This document shows, in pieces, positions 11,801-24,485 of a stretch of DNA of 64,000 bases. Position 1 is the stretch's first letter. Each line of letters starts with the position of its first letter. Source of the stretch: Azolla caroliniana. Its lineage: Eukaryota; Plantae; Polypodiophyta. Under the pieces are notes generated by a model. It was not told the origin of the DNA, ran no database searches, and saw only the letters and a program-made list of their open reading frames with translations. The stretch lies in NCBI GenBank assembly GCA_043228905.1, contig JBHGNT010000017.1, positions 3,906,001 to 3,970,000 on the forward strand, given 5' to 3'. The position numbers and the translations under genes are program-made.

Positions 11801-13967
11801 TCGTGTACACTTGACATACATCAGTATGCACCAACTCCAGTGGTGCATTACGTCTCATCGGTGGCCTCGATCGGAAGGAGGTCCGGTTTTGTTTACCGGC
11901 CAGACAATCAGTGCACTTCTCCAAGTGCACGTTCTTTACTGGAATAAGGTTGTCGTCTGCAAGCCTCTTCATCCCCTTCTCGCTCATGTGACACAGCCTC
12001 TTGTGCCACAGCTCACCGGCAGTGTCGGATGCTATGTTCACTTCTTTCGGGCATAACTGAGCATTCATCAGGTACAACGTGTTTACCTTCCGGGCCCTAG
12101 CCACAATCAAGCTCCCTTTGCTGAACTTCATAACGTCGTTCCGAATGCTACCCGTGTAGCCTTCATCATCTAGCCGACCGGCTGATATCAGGTTCAGGCG
12201 AACCTCCGGAACGTGTCGGACATCCTTCAGCAGCAGCTTGCATCTGATTGGTGTTGTCAACCACACGTCTCCTATGCCGACAATTCGGCATGTACCTTCA
12301 TTCCCCATCCGACACAACCGTGATCACCGGCTGTGTAGGATGAGAAGCATTTCCAGTCCGAGGTAAGGTGGAACGACGCTCCAGAGTCGACCACCCAGGT
12401 CATCTCATCACCGGCAAGGTTTAGCTCACTCTCCTCGGTGATGAGCATCAGCTCTTCTTCACTTGCCGCGATTGCCGTCGTTCCCTTCCGGTCCGGCCCC
12501 CTCCGGTCTTTACCGTTCCGGTTCGGTGTCCGCTTCAAATCGGTACCGTCGGTTTCCTTGTCTTTTCCGAAATGCCGACAATTCTTTTGGAAGTGTCTCG
12601 ACTTGCTGCAATAGAAGCAAGTAGGCCTCCCCCTTGACTTTGACTGGGTCCCCGACTTTTCCCGGTTCTGGGGGCTACGGTTCCTAGGTCTTCCGCGTTC
12701 CGATTTGGTAAGGAGCGCTTTGGAGTCGGAGCTCGTATCCTTATCTTTCCGATGCACCTCCTCATCTAGCAAGCTCGACTTCACTCTTGCTAGGGATAAC
12801 CGTTTCCCTTCCGGCCCGGCGTTGCCCAAAGTGACAACCAACGTCTCCCAGCTATCCGGGAGGGAACCGAGCAGGAGTAGCGCTAGTACCTCATCGGCGA
12901 GAGGTACTTCCAATGATGTTGCCTGGTGTATCAGCCCCTGGAAGGCATTCATGTGCTCCGCCATGCTGGAGCCATCTTGGTACCGGAGTCTTACTAGCTT
13001 CCAGAATACCGAAACCTGGTTAACAACATTTTTGTTCTGAAACATAATGCCGATCTTCTCCCATAGCGCCTTGCTCTCTTCATTGAAGTTGTTGTAAAGG
13101 CTCATGTTGATGAAGCACCGTATGTACGCCGCTATCTTCATGTGCATCACCTCCCATATCGTGGCGTCGATTTTGTCCGGTCTCTTGTCCCCGAACTGAA
13201 CCGGCAACCAAAGATCTTTAACCACGAGCATGTCCCTCATCTTCGACTTCCACACGGAATAGTTGGAGCCGGTGAGCTTGAACATGCCTCCCAACGATTC
13301 GTCCATTTTCTGTGTCGCTGTGTCGTTTCACTCTGATACCACTTTGTCAAGTAATACGCGGAATAGTCTCCGGCACCTACCGAAGAGTGAATCACTTTGT
13401 ACAATCGAACACAGAAGAAATGAAGAATGGAGGTAAGTGCACAAACAGAAAGAAAAGAGAGTACACAGGATATTAACGTGGAAAACCCTGAGAGGGAAAA
13501 ACCATGGGAGTCCACAAACTCCAAACTATCACTATATCACAATGATTACAACAGTGAGCTCATGGAGGCAACGACCTCGTGCTCACGATCTTCGCCACAG
13601 GCGGCGGTTACAACAGAGGCAACAACCTCTCTATATCTCAAGCTCACTCTCACTCTCTCTCTCTCTGTACATGGTTACTCTCTCACAATCACGACAACGA
13701 CAATAACAGCCTTTTTTTTTACTAAGTTTGCCCTAAGTCATATTTATACTAGAATGTCTTTTCAGCTATTTACAAATATAGCCCCGATGGACTCTCAAAA
13801 ACATATTTATGAATATGTCCCTTCGTCCGGTGAGCACTCCTCACCAGGTCTTCCGTTGCCGGGTACTCCACATCCGGTTCTCACCGGGTCTTCACCATCC
13901 GGCTCTTGCCGGGTACTCGTCATCCCGTTCTTTTCACTTCCCATCCGGAGGGACCTGTTTCCTAACA
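8834..13967 (-). mobile_element. Ty1/Copia element C (Tork/Tnt1-like), nested in B
   Basis: LTRs 8834-9551 and 13345-13967; TSD ACAAG/CCAAG; iMet PBS 13331-13341; PPT 9552-9562. Gag 12272-13306, PR/IN 11298-12317, RT 10117-11154 (LLYVDD), RNase H 9691-10040, with frameshifts and deletions. Confidence 0.95.
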
Positions 13968-13971
13968 CCAA

Positions 13972-15655
13972 GTGGTGGGGGAGTTGTAAGATGATCTAGA
14001 ATTGAACTTGTGGAGTAAGGTTCCAAAAGGGATACATGAAACACCGGATTAAGACACATGTGTGGAGGGAGGCCAAGACAAAATGCAACATCACTTATCT
14101 TACCAGTGATCAAGTACGGGCCAAAACGTTGGTAATCCAATTTACCGTAAGGCCTAGTGGTTTTGATGTTGTGTTAGAGAAGCCGTACAAAATCCCCAAC
14201 ATTAAACTTTTTGGAGCAATCTAGGCGATAACTATCTGCAAGCCTCTAGTGTGTAACTTGAGCATCATGCAAATTGTGGAGAATGGTAGCATGAATTTCT
14301 TGGAGGCTACTAAGACGATCCTCCGTAGCAAGGTTGGTAGGAACTTCTGCATGTGCATTCATCATCCATCGAGGATGACAACCCGTATTGGGGAAAAATG
14401 GGGAATACCTTGTAGAAGAATGTACTGAGTTGTTGTAAGCAAATTCAGCCAAGTGCAAAAAATCAACCCAATCATCTTGTTGGTAGTTGATGAAACAACA
14501 AAGATATTGCTCCAAAGTCTGGTTGGTACAGTCAGTTTGGCCATTAATGTCGGGATGATAGCCCGAAGAAAGCTAAGTTAGTCGAAATTCAGAGAAGTTT
14601 GAACATGTGCTTCCAGAACATTAAGATGAATTATGGACCACGATCACTAATAATATCATCTGATGATACAACATACCCTAAAAATTCCACTTGATTCTGG
14701 TCGAAACTACACTTTTCTAATTTTACGTAGAGACCATATTCTCGTAGTCGACGTAGTACCTGACGAACATGTCATCTAGGTAAACTATAGTGAAGATATC
14801 GAGAAAATCTCGAAAAATATCATTCGCCATATGCTAGAAAATTGTGGGTGCATTCATGAGACCGAATGGCATCACAATATACTCGAGATGTCCATAGCGA
14901 GTGCAAAACGTAGTCTTCCATTCATCCCCCGAACGAATCCAAACTAGATTATATGCACCGCAATAGTCTTAACTTCGTGAAATATTTTGCTCCACTAAGA
15001 CGTTCCAAAAGAATCGGTATTAATGGTAGAGCATATCTATTCCGGATAGTCACTTTGTTTAACCCTCGATAATCCACGACCAACCGAAGAGACCCATTCT
15101 TTTTCTTAACGAAGAAGATAGGTGCACCAACAGGGGATCTAGGATGACGAATGAATCCGTTTGCCAGATTCTCGTCGATATATTCCCACAAAGTCACTAG
15201 CTCTACAGGTGAGAGATTATAAATCGGCCCCCATGGAGGTTCTTTCCCTGGTTGTAAGTCAATAGGGCAATCGTATGACCAATGCTCCGACAATGCATTG
15301 GCCTTCACCTTATCAAAGATGTCTGAGAACTCTTTGTATTTCTGTGGTAGTTTAATGTCCACTTCATGTAAAGTGGATGATGGAGTTGCTACTATTGCAA
15401 ATACGAACATGTCCTCGTTCCCCCCTTCCTCATGTAACCGACGTAGAGAGATGGTCGATAACTTATGGGATCCAGTATCAGATGTCAAAGATTTGAGGGA
15501 TGCGAGCTTTGTTCTTTTTTCCTGGGTCTCCTCAATTGTACTTTTCATCCAATCAATCTTTGGGTTATGGAGTTCAAACCAAGGGAGACCTAGAACTACT
15601 AGGTGTTCTGGACTACGAATAATGTTGAAAGAGATTATGCTAGGACTCAATGACA
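13972..15655 (-). pseudogene. pol: Degenerate pol of B (protease end, RT, integrase); RNase H and the IN N-terminus are deleted
   Basis: Motifs VVLGLPWFELHNPKIDW, SPVGAPIFFVKKKNGSLRLVVDYRGLNKVT, YLDD (~14770), LAEFAYNN and GPY...HPVFHVSLL. Confidence 0.9.
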
Positions 15656-15860
15656 TGTAGATGTGGTAAGCTCAACTTGTGTAGTAAAAACTCTACTAAC
15701 TTTATTTGATTAAATGGAACCACGACTAGGAACTAACTCTACATATCTAGGATGGTCCAACCACATGGCTCCTATTTTGGCCAAACTTACTCGTTTAACA
15801 CATCCTCTAATTAGCTCAAGACATCGAATATATTCTCATGGCATGGACTACTAGGCTTAC
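15656..15860 (+). mobile_element. Truncated Copia-type LTR fragment inside B
   Basis: Begins tgtagatgtggtaagctcaacttg, which resembles the start of the D/G LTRs (tgttgag...aagctcaac). It replaces most of B's protease region; no second end is visible. Confidence 0.5.
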
Positions 15861-15876
15861 TTATGTTATTAGAAGT

Positions 15877-18800
15877 TGTTGAGAATTAAGCTCAACTTGG
15901 TCTAGTGTGTGAACTCACCTTGAGAGTGAATAAACACTCCAACGGTCAAGAGTCACCATTATGTCACCTCTTTGAATTCTAGCATTTAGTATGAGTCATA
16001 GAATCATATTCTATGACACATAACTTATGAGCTTTCACATTCCCCATGCTCCATGAGTCTTGTAGTTAATGAAGAGAGGGTGACTATATAAAGCACCCTC
16101 CTCCCACCTTGTACAGTGTTGAGTTTTTCTCCTTTGTTTATACAATCTACTTTGCGGATTCTCTATGTCTTACTCCTCGTCTCTCTCACTCTCTCTCTCT
16201 CTCTCGCATACACACACACAGTTCACACCTATTCTGCTACACAAGAATCATACCCGATTCTTTACATGGTATCAGAGCGATTTGGTAGCTCGATCTAGCC
16301 CATTTGCCTCATCGTGATCATGTGTTGTGCTCTACGCCGACGACCAAGAACCGGCTCATCGCTATCGTAGCTTCGCTACATAGCTCGCATTCGAAGAGAG
16401 AAGAAGAAGAAGAAGAAGAATACTCAAATGGGGAGCGCTCTCCCTACCGAGAAGTTGGATCGAAACAATTTCACATCTTGGGAGTACAAGATGCACCAAT
16501 ACCTTGTTGGACAAGGCTATTGGAACTACATCAAAGGAGAACACGAAGACCGACCCGCCGAAGCAGCTCCCGGATACGCGACATGGGAGCAAGCCGCAAG
16601 CCGCATGATGTATTGTTTGATGACGTGTGTTCACGATCACATGCTCGGCTACATTCGCAAAGCCAAGACGCCAAAGGAGGCATGGGAAAATCTACGAAAG
16701 ATTTTCGCGGCGAACACAACCGCAAGAAGGCTTCAACTCTGCCAAGAGTTGAACAACATCCAACAATGGGACATGTCTATCACGACATACACCTTGAAGA
16801 TCAAGAAGCTTTGCGACTCGCTCGGCTCGATAAGCGTAAGTATCGACGATGATGAGATGGTGCAAATATGCCTCGGGGGCCTCGCACCACGGTTTGGCGC
16901 GATGCGAACTGCCGTTCTAGCAAGGGAGAAATCTCCCTCCTTCTTCGAGCTCCAATCAATGTTATTGGTCGAAGAAAACTACGTGCTACAAGGAGCAATG
17001 AGTCGGAAGGCCACATGCTCTACATGCACTCGAACGGAGGAAGAGGACACGGACGAACGAGAGGCCGATTCAGCCAAGGTCAAGGCGGACGAGGTCCGAC
17101 CTACGACAACAACTCCCAATTTCGGCCGCAAAACGGAAGCCAACGAGGAACCTTCGCAAGAAGGGGAAGCTTCTACTCCAGCCTGAGCCATCAAAACGCA
17201 ACCAAATGCGGATATTGCGGAAAGCTCAGCCACCATGAAGAAGAGTGCCGAAAGAAGATGCGTGAATCGGCTTCCACAAGCTGACAACTCACGAATTACG
17301 CGCATAATTCCGACTACGAAGAGTATAGTGGAATGTACGGGCACAACTCCGACTACGAAGATCGTTGCGGAATGTATGCACACAACTCTGACCGTGGCGG
17401 AATGTTCGTGATGAAACATAGAGCAAACTCTATGTCGGCCTCTACCTCAACTAGTGCCCTCAATCCAGAGGACGTATGGTTTGTTGACTCCGGAGCCTCA
17501 AACCATATGACATCTCATAAAGAATGGTTTCTCGAACTTCGAGAGCCGGAGCGACCCAGCTATCTCAAAACCAGAGATGACACTACGCACCCGATTCGGC
17601 ACATTGGCAATGTTCCGTTTGGCGAAAGAGGTAAGCAAACATACATTAAAAATGTCTTGCATGTTCCAACCATCATGAAGAATTTGGTCTCGGTCGGCCA
17701 AATGGTTGAGCAAGGGATGCAAGTACGATTCGACCAAGAAGGGTGCTTCATCGAAAAAGAGGGCCGAATCATCGCGCGCGGAAGAAGAGAGGGCCGGATG
17801 TTCATTCTCGATTCGCACGAGATGAAATCCGCCATGTTCGCTAAAAGCACGAAAGCCAACTCCGACATAGAGCTATGGCACAAGCGAATCGGCCACATCA
17901 ATCTCAACAAACTCAAAGCAATGAAATCGAAAGGAGTCGTCGTCAGACTCCCGACATTCAAAGAGAAGGAGATTGACGGTGTATGCGAAGTGTGCCAATT
18001 CGGCAAGCAACATCGACACCCATTCCCGAAAGAGCGGAACGTGAGCAAAGGTCTACTCGATGTAGTCCATTCCAACGTATGGGGACCGGTGCAGACGGCT
18101 ACATTCGGCGGATACCGATATTACGTGCTCTTCATTGACGACGTCTCCAGGCACACTTGGATCTACCCGATGTGGCAAAAGAGCGAAGTAGTCGAGAAAG
18201 CCACGGGCCGACATGTACGATGTCTTCGATCGGATGGTGGCAAGGAGTACTTCTTGGACGATTTCACGGTGTATCTCCGAAAGGAAGGAATTCGGCGAGA
18301 ATTCACTTGCCGACACACTCCTCAACAAAACAGAGTAGCCGAGCGCAAAAATCGGCACATCCTCGAAGTAGCGCGGGCCATGATGAACGAGAAGCATATG
18401 CCCAAGTCATATTGGGCCGAAGCTGCAAATACGGCCGTCTACCTAATGAACCGGTGCACAACATCTGGCGTGCATGAGGTCACTCCGCACGAAAAATACT
18501 TTGGAAAGAAGCCGGACTCATCGCACACCCGGATATTTGGCGCGATAGCATACGTGCACATCCCCGATGAGAAGTGTCAAAAGCTTGACCCGAAGTCGGA
18601 GAAATGTATCCTCGTAGGATACTCACTAGAGCAAAAGGGGTAAAAGTGCTATAACCCCTCAACTCGAAAATCTCGAGTAAGTCAAGACGTCGTTTTTGAC
18701 GAGTCCGCATCCTGGTATGCACCAGAGACAACTACGACTCCGACCCCACTCGACTCGGAATCCGTCGAACTAGAGATAGAGGATGAAGATCGCCTTACGC

Positions 18801-21298
18801 ACATGTTTGAAGAGAGTCCGACCACGACCCGATTGAGTGGACCACAAGAACCTTTGACGATCGATCAAAGCACATCATGTCCTAGCCCGAAGATGGACAA
18901 AGGCAAGGCGAAAATGTCGGAATACGAAGATGATCGCTTCGACGACGATGAGTCGACTCACTCACTCGACAGTGAGTTCAGCGGCTTCGATGTACCAATC
19001 GGAGCAAAGAAAGCCCTCATCTCTGCAAATGAAAAGCTCCGTCGCTCCACCCGTGAAAAGAATCCGGTCAGCCAATTCGGCTACAACGACTACATGGCAT
19101 ATCACTATGCCTTTATGATGAAGGTGGCAATAGTACGCGAGCCGGAAACATTTTCCGAAGCAGCCAAGGATCCGCAATGGATCGAAGCCATGAACGAGGA
19201 GATGCAGGCACTACGCAAGAATGAAACATGGGATCTCGTTCCTACCTCACCACACAAAAAGGCGATCGGATGCAGATGGATTTACAAAGTGAAGTACCGA
19301 CGGTTCCGTTAATCGCTACAAAGTGTGACTCGTAGCGAAAGGCTACACACAAACACACGGCATTGATTATGAAGAGACCTTTGCCCCGATGGCAAAGATG
19401 ACGATGGTACGGACCATAATTGCACTTGCCGCGGCGAAAGGATGGCACCTCCATCAAATGGATGTCAAGAACGCCTTTCTACAAGGCAAATTAGAAGAGG
19501 AGGTGTACATGATACAACTTCCCGGCTTCGAATCACGCATTCATCTGAAAGACGTGTGCCGACTCAAGAAGCCACTCTACAGCCTCAAGCAAGCACCACG
19601 TGCTTGGCATTCAAAGATAACGCAATATCTTCATCAAATTGGCTTCTGTATGTCAAAATCGGACAACTCCCTCTACATACGAAGCGATTCCACAAGTCTG
19701 ATTGTCATCATCTTATATGTGGATGACCTAGTCATTGGAGGTGAGCATCTCGTCAAAATCAATAAGGTCAAATCCCTCCTTTCAGACAAGTTCGAGATGA
19801 CGGACATGAAGGAGCTCCACTACTTCCTCGGCATCGAGGTAATTCGGACTCCGGCCGGAATCTTGATGTCTCAATGGCACTACATCGTCAACTTGTTATA
19901 CAAGTTCGGTATGGCTGAGTGCAAATCTGCGGCAACCCTGCTCGATCGCAATCTCAACCTAGATGCAAACTCCGGCACCAAAGCGTGTGAGCCGACTCAG
20001 TATCGGCAACTCATCAGGAGTCTCATCTACCTCACAATCACTCGACCCAATCTCAGTTATCCGATCGGTCTCCTTAGCCAATTCGTGCAAACACTGCATG
20101 ATACTCACTTGGATTGTGCTAAGCGAGTTCTACGATATGTGAGCGGCACAATGGATTGCGGCATCCTCTACAAGACCGCGATGCCAATACGACTCGAGGG
20201 GTACACAAACGCCGATTGGGCTGGCTACAAAGCCGATAGAAGATCAACCTCTGGATTTGTTTTCTCCCTCGGTAGTAGAGCAATCTCCTGGAGCAGCAAA
20301 AAGCAACCAATTGTCGCTCTTTCGAGCACAGAGGCGGAATACATGAGCGCGGCAGTGGCCGCATGTGAAGCCGTATGGCTCAAAAGGATACTCAAGGATA
20401 TGGGCGTACCCATCAAGGATCCGACTTCCCTTTACTGCGACAACATGAGCAATATCTATCTGGCTCGGAACCGGGTGTTCCACTCGCGGACAAAGCACAT
20501 CGAAGTGCACTATCACTTCATCCGAGAGCGCGTTCTAGCTGGCGATGTCGACCTACAACACATTAGCACCAATCTTCAAACGGCTGACATCTTCACTAAA
20601 GCCTTACGAGCCGACAAGCTCTGGCAATTCATGACCGATCTCGAATTGACGATCCCTGACCTGCCAAGCTTGAGGGGGAGTACTGAAGACACTACACAAT
20701 AACACGAAGCGTGGATTCCGCAACCGCGCAACAAAGCCGCGAAGAAAGACGCAAGCCGAAGCACAAACTTTGCAACTATGCACAACGCAAGTTGGAGCAC
20801 GGAATCCGCAACTCCGCATAGACGTGAGTCGACGCGAACTCCAGAACGCGAGTCGAAACAGATTTCGGATACCGTCTGAAACCGACCCAACTTGAGCTTG
20901 AGGGGGCGTGTTGAGAATCAAGCTCAACTTGGTCTAGTGTGTGAACTCACCTTGAGAGTGAATAGACACTCCAACAGTCAAGAGTCACCATTATGTCACC
21001 TCTTTGTATTCTAGCATTTAGTATGAGTCATAGAATCATATTCTATGACACATAACTTATGAGCTTTCACATTCCCCATGCTCCATGAGTCTTGTAGTTA
21101 ATGAAGAGAGAGGGTGACTATATAAAGCACCCTCCTCCCACCTTGTAAAGTGTTGAGTCTTTCTCCTTTGTTTATACAATCTACTTTGCGGATTCTCTAT
21201 GTCTTACTCCTCGTCTCTCTCTCTCTCTCTCTCTCTCTCATACACACACACAGTTCACACCTATTCCGCTACACAAGAATCATACCCGATTCTTTACA
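15877..21298 (+). mobile_element. Ty1/Copia element D, nested in B
   Basis: 390-bp LTRs 15877-16266 and 20909-21298; perfect TSD GAAGT; PBS TGGTATCAGAGC 16267-16278; PPT 20897-20908. Gag-pol 16428-20702 carries frameshifts and stops (DSGASNHM, HSNVWGP, ILYVDD, TKHIEV, ADIFTK). Confidence 0.97.
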
Positions 21299-21303
21299 GA
21301 AGT

Positions 21304-22337
21304 AATAATGGAACTCGAAGTAGGGTTGTCATGTGCACTTACTTGGTATACTTCACATCTAGGTTTATGTAGACAATTCACGACTATATGTCCTGGACCG
21401 CCACAATATAGGCATAGGCGGTGCGCTCGACGTCGTTGCTTCTCAGCATCTGATAAAGGCCCTCGATGTTGTGTTGACTCTATTTCCATCAGAGTTGGGT
21501 CATCCCTTGTAATGGGTCTGGAAACTTGTGGAGGCGTTGCGAGAACAGAAGCGTACATTTGTTCCAGTTGGTGGCGTAACATTTGTTGGCACTCAGAATG
21601 TCGCTCAAATAGGCGATTATCACATCGTGCAACTCAACTAATGGCCTTTGTAAGAGACTTCGAATCTTCATGGAAAGTAAGAAGAAGTTCTTTGACATTA
21701 TTACACAAACCTTGACGGAATTGATCCATTAAGGTCGCCTCATCCCAAGGGATATCACATGCCAAGAGACGAAAATTAGTTGCATAAGTCGACGCGGGAC
21801 GATCTCCTTGTCGGAGGCTTCGAATCTTGTTTATTGTTGTCCTAGTGTTGTTGGTGTCTCCAAAACTAGCTTGAAACTCCTTAACAAATGCCTCAAAATC
21901 CTCCAGCAACAGTGATTTCTTCTCGAAAAGTGGTGCAAACCATGCTAATGTCGTACCGCATAGTAAGGTTCCCTCTAATCCCACACGAGCAACGTCAGTT
22001 GGGTACCGATTGGGATGTAACTGAATAACCAAATGAACTTGATTCAAAAAGCCTCGAAATAAAGACCTCGTACCATCAAACTTGGCAGGGAGGCTAACTT
22101 TGGTTCTCTATGGGAGTTCTAAGCCCCCGATGCTTGTTCTCGTAATGACAATATAGTAGCCTCCAGTTGGTGAACCCGTTATGATAACTCTTCATATTGT
22201 TGAGCTTTTTCAGTACTCACTTGTTGTAGGTCCCCAAGTAGCCTTTCATTTTCATGCTCTAATGCCACAAATTTATTCGTGAGCTTGTCGACCTCAGAAA
22301 GAACACGCATATATTCTTGTTGGCTCACGGACTCCAT
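21304..22337 (-). pseudogene. gag: gag of element B (Ty3/PEG10-like capsid plus CCHC knuckle), frameshifted
   Basis: ATG at 22337; motifs KFDG, LRQG.RP...YA..FR.LA, FRQGL and CLYCGGPGHIVVNC. Confidence 0.88.
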
Positions 22338-22424
22338 AGCTTACGAGGGGAGGGGAGAAGAAAGAAGAGAACTTGTTAGGGTTCGTGGAAGAGGAAGAAA
22401 TGAAGAAATTGGTTCAGACTGTCG

Positions 22425-22517
<93 letters not shown>

Positions 22518-24214
22518 AGACAAAGAAAGAAAATAGAAAGGAAAATATTATATTGCACTAGATAAGAAGGATTACAAAGAGTAGGCAACATGGAGTTATA
22601 GAATGGTGTTGAACCAATTTGGTTTTGAGATGATTAATAGATCCCTATTTATAAGTCCCTATAGAGTATTCTAGGAGGTTCTAGAATATAGGGTAATCTA
22701 GAAGGTTTATAGAGTATTCTAGAAGGTTCTAGTATATAGAATGCTCTAGAATATCTAGAATATTCTTATGATATTAGATTATATATTCTAAAAATTATAC
22801 ATATAAACATATCATTACAATGGTTAATTATTCGACATGTGTATAACAAGGTTGTGTATTCAAATCCTTTTGAGGCATCATGTGAGTGTAATCATGACAT
22901 AGCTCACCTTGGAGGAGCGCATTTTTCACATCCATCTGGTGGAGGTGCCACCCTTTTGCCGCAACGAGTGCCAGGACTGTTCGAATCGTGGTCATCTTCG
23001 CCACTAGGACAAAGTTTTATTTGTAGTCGATGCAATGGGTTTGATCATACCCCTTAGCGACAAGTCGAGCTTTGTATCAGTTAATGGAGCCGTCAGCATT
23101 GTGTTTGATCTTGTAAACCCATCGACAACTGATCGCCTTCTTGTGCGGTGGAGGGGCTACAAGGTCCCAAGTGTCATTGTCGACTAGTGCTTGCATTTCT
23201 TCGTCCATGGCTTCAATCCATCGGGGGTCACAAGTTTCTTTTGGAAAACGTTTTGGCTCTCGTTTGGTTGCCACCTTCATCATGAAGGCATAGTGATGTG
23301 CCATATACTCATTGTAGACGAATCGAGTAACCGTATTCTTCTCTCGAGACGAGCGTCAAATTTTTTTGTTCGTAGATGCCAGTGCCTTCTTTACACCGGG
23401 GGTTCACATAATGGGCACTCCGAACTCACTATCCAAAGAGCGAGCCGACACATCTGAATCGCTTTTCTCAGGAGATTGACTTCGTATTCAAACAACTTAC
23501 CTTTGCCTTTGTCCAAGTCGGCCCATGTTCGGGGTATGCTTCTAGTGCTTGGAGGCTCTTGTGGTCCGCTCATCATGGTTGAGCTTGGACTTTCCGGTGG
23601 TACAGGTGGTGGCCACACGTCGTCATTCGAGTTGACGTTTAACTCTTCCTCAATCAGTTCAGATGAATCCGAGTCGGCCTTGTACCAAGATGCTGATTCG
23701 TCGAAAATAACATCTCGACTTACCCGAACTGATCGGTCGAAGGGTTGAAACACTTGTATCCTTTTTGTTCGATCGAATATCCCACGGAAATGCACTTTTC
23801 GAACCTCGGGTCGAGCTTCTATCGTTTCTCAGTCGGGATGTGGACGTATGTTATACTTCTGAATGCTCGTAGATGCGACAAGGTCAGCTTCTGTCCAACA
23901 TAAACCTCGTGTGGAGTCAATTCGTGTGCTCCAATGGTTGTGCATCGATTCATAATGTAGACGGTTGTGGATGCCACTTTGGTCTGGCAATAATAATTCG
24001 GCATGTGCTTCTCATGCAACATTGCCTGTGCTACCTTGAGTATGTTCCGATTCTTCCTTTCGGCTACTCCATTTTCTTGGGGGGTGTGTCGGCATGAAAA
24101 TTCTCTCCAAATGCCTTCACTTTGGAGGTAAGAGACGAATTCATCGAAGAAGTACTTCTTCCCTTCATCCGATCTTAGGCATTGAATGTGCCAAATGGTT
24201 TCTTTTTCGACCAA

Positions 24215-24485
24215 ATGAGTTGTGATGAATGTATAGACACCTATTTATAGATCCTTATAGAGTATTCTAGAATGTTCTAGAATATTTTAGATATTTATGA
24301 TAATAAATATAATCATGAAATATTCAAGAATGTTCTAGAATATTCCAAATATCTTGTAATTACTAAAAATATAATTATTATAACTACACATTATATGTGT
24401 TATTACAATGGTTAAAGGTTCAACACATAGACCTAGAAGTTGTGGGTTCGACTCTTGATAAGCCAAAATGTATGTCTTCATGACA
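24215..24485 (-). mobile_element. Truncated LTR of a B-related family inside Copia A
   Basis: Shares ctatttata, tatagagtattctagaa, attacaatggttaa and the terminal catgaca with the B LTRs. The adjacent host PR-IN segment is deleted. Confidence 0.65.

Larger units (their letters stand above)
8135..22899 (-). mobile_element. Ty3/Gypsy chromovirus B (Tcn1-like, self-priming), nested in Copia A
   Basis: LTRs 8135-8583 and 22420-22899; TSD TAGTT/TAGCT (8130-8134 / 22900-22904); PPT 8584-8597. Domain order gag-PR-RT-IN-chromodomain. No tRNA PBS, but 11-nt complementarity to the predicted RNA 5' end. Confidence 0.9.

Noticed and set aside
13427-13999. 190-aa plus-strand ORF, with related ORFs at 8926-9770
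   Set aside because: It lies antisense within the LTR of C, the frame is not preserved between the two LTR copies, and no domain is recognisable.
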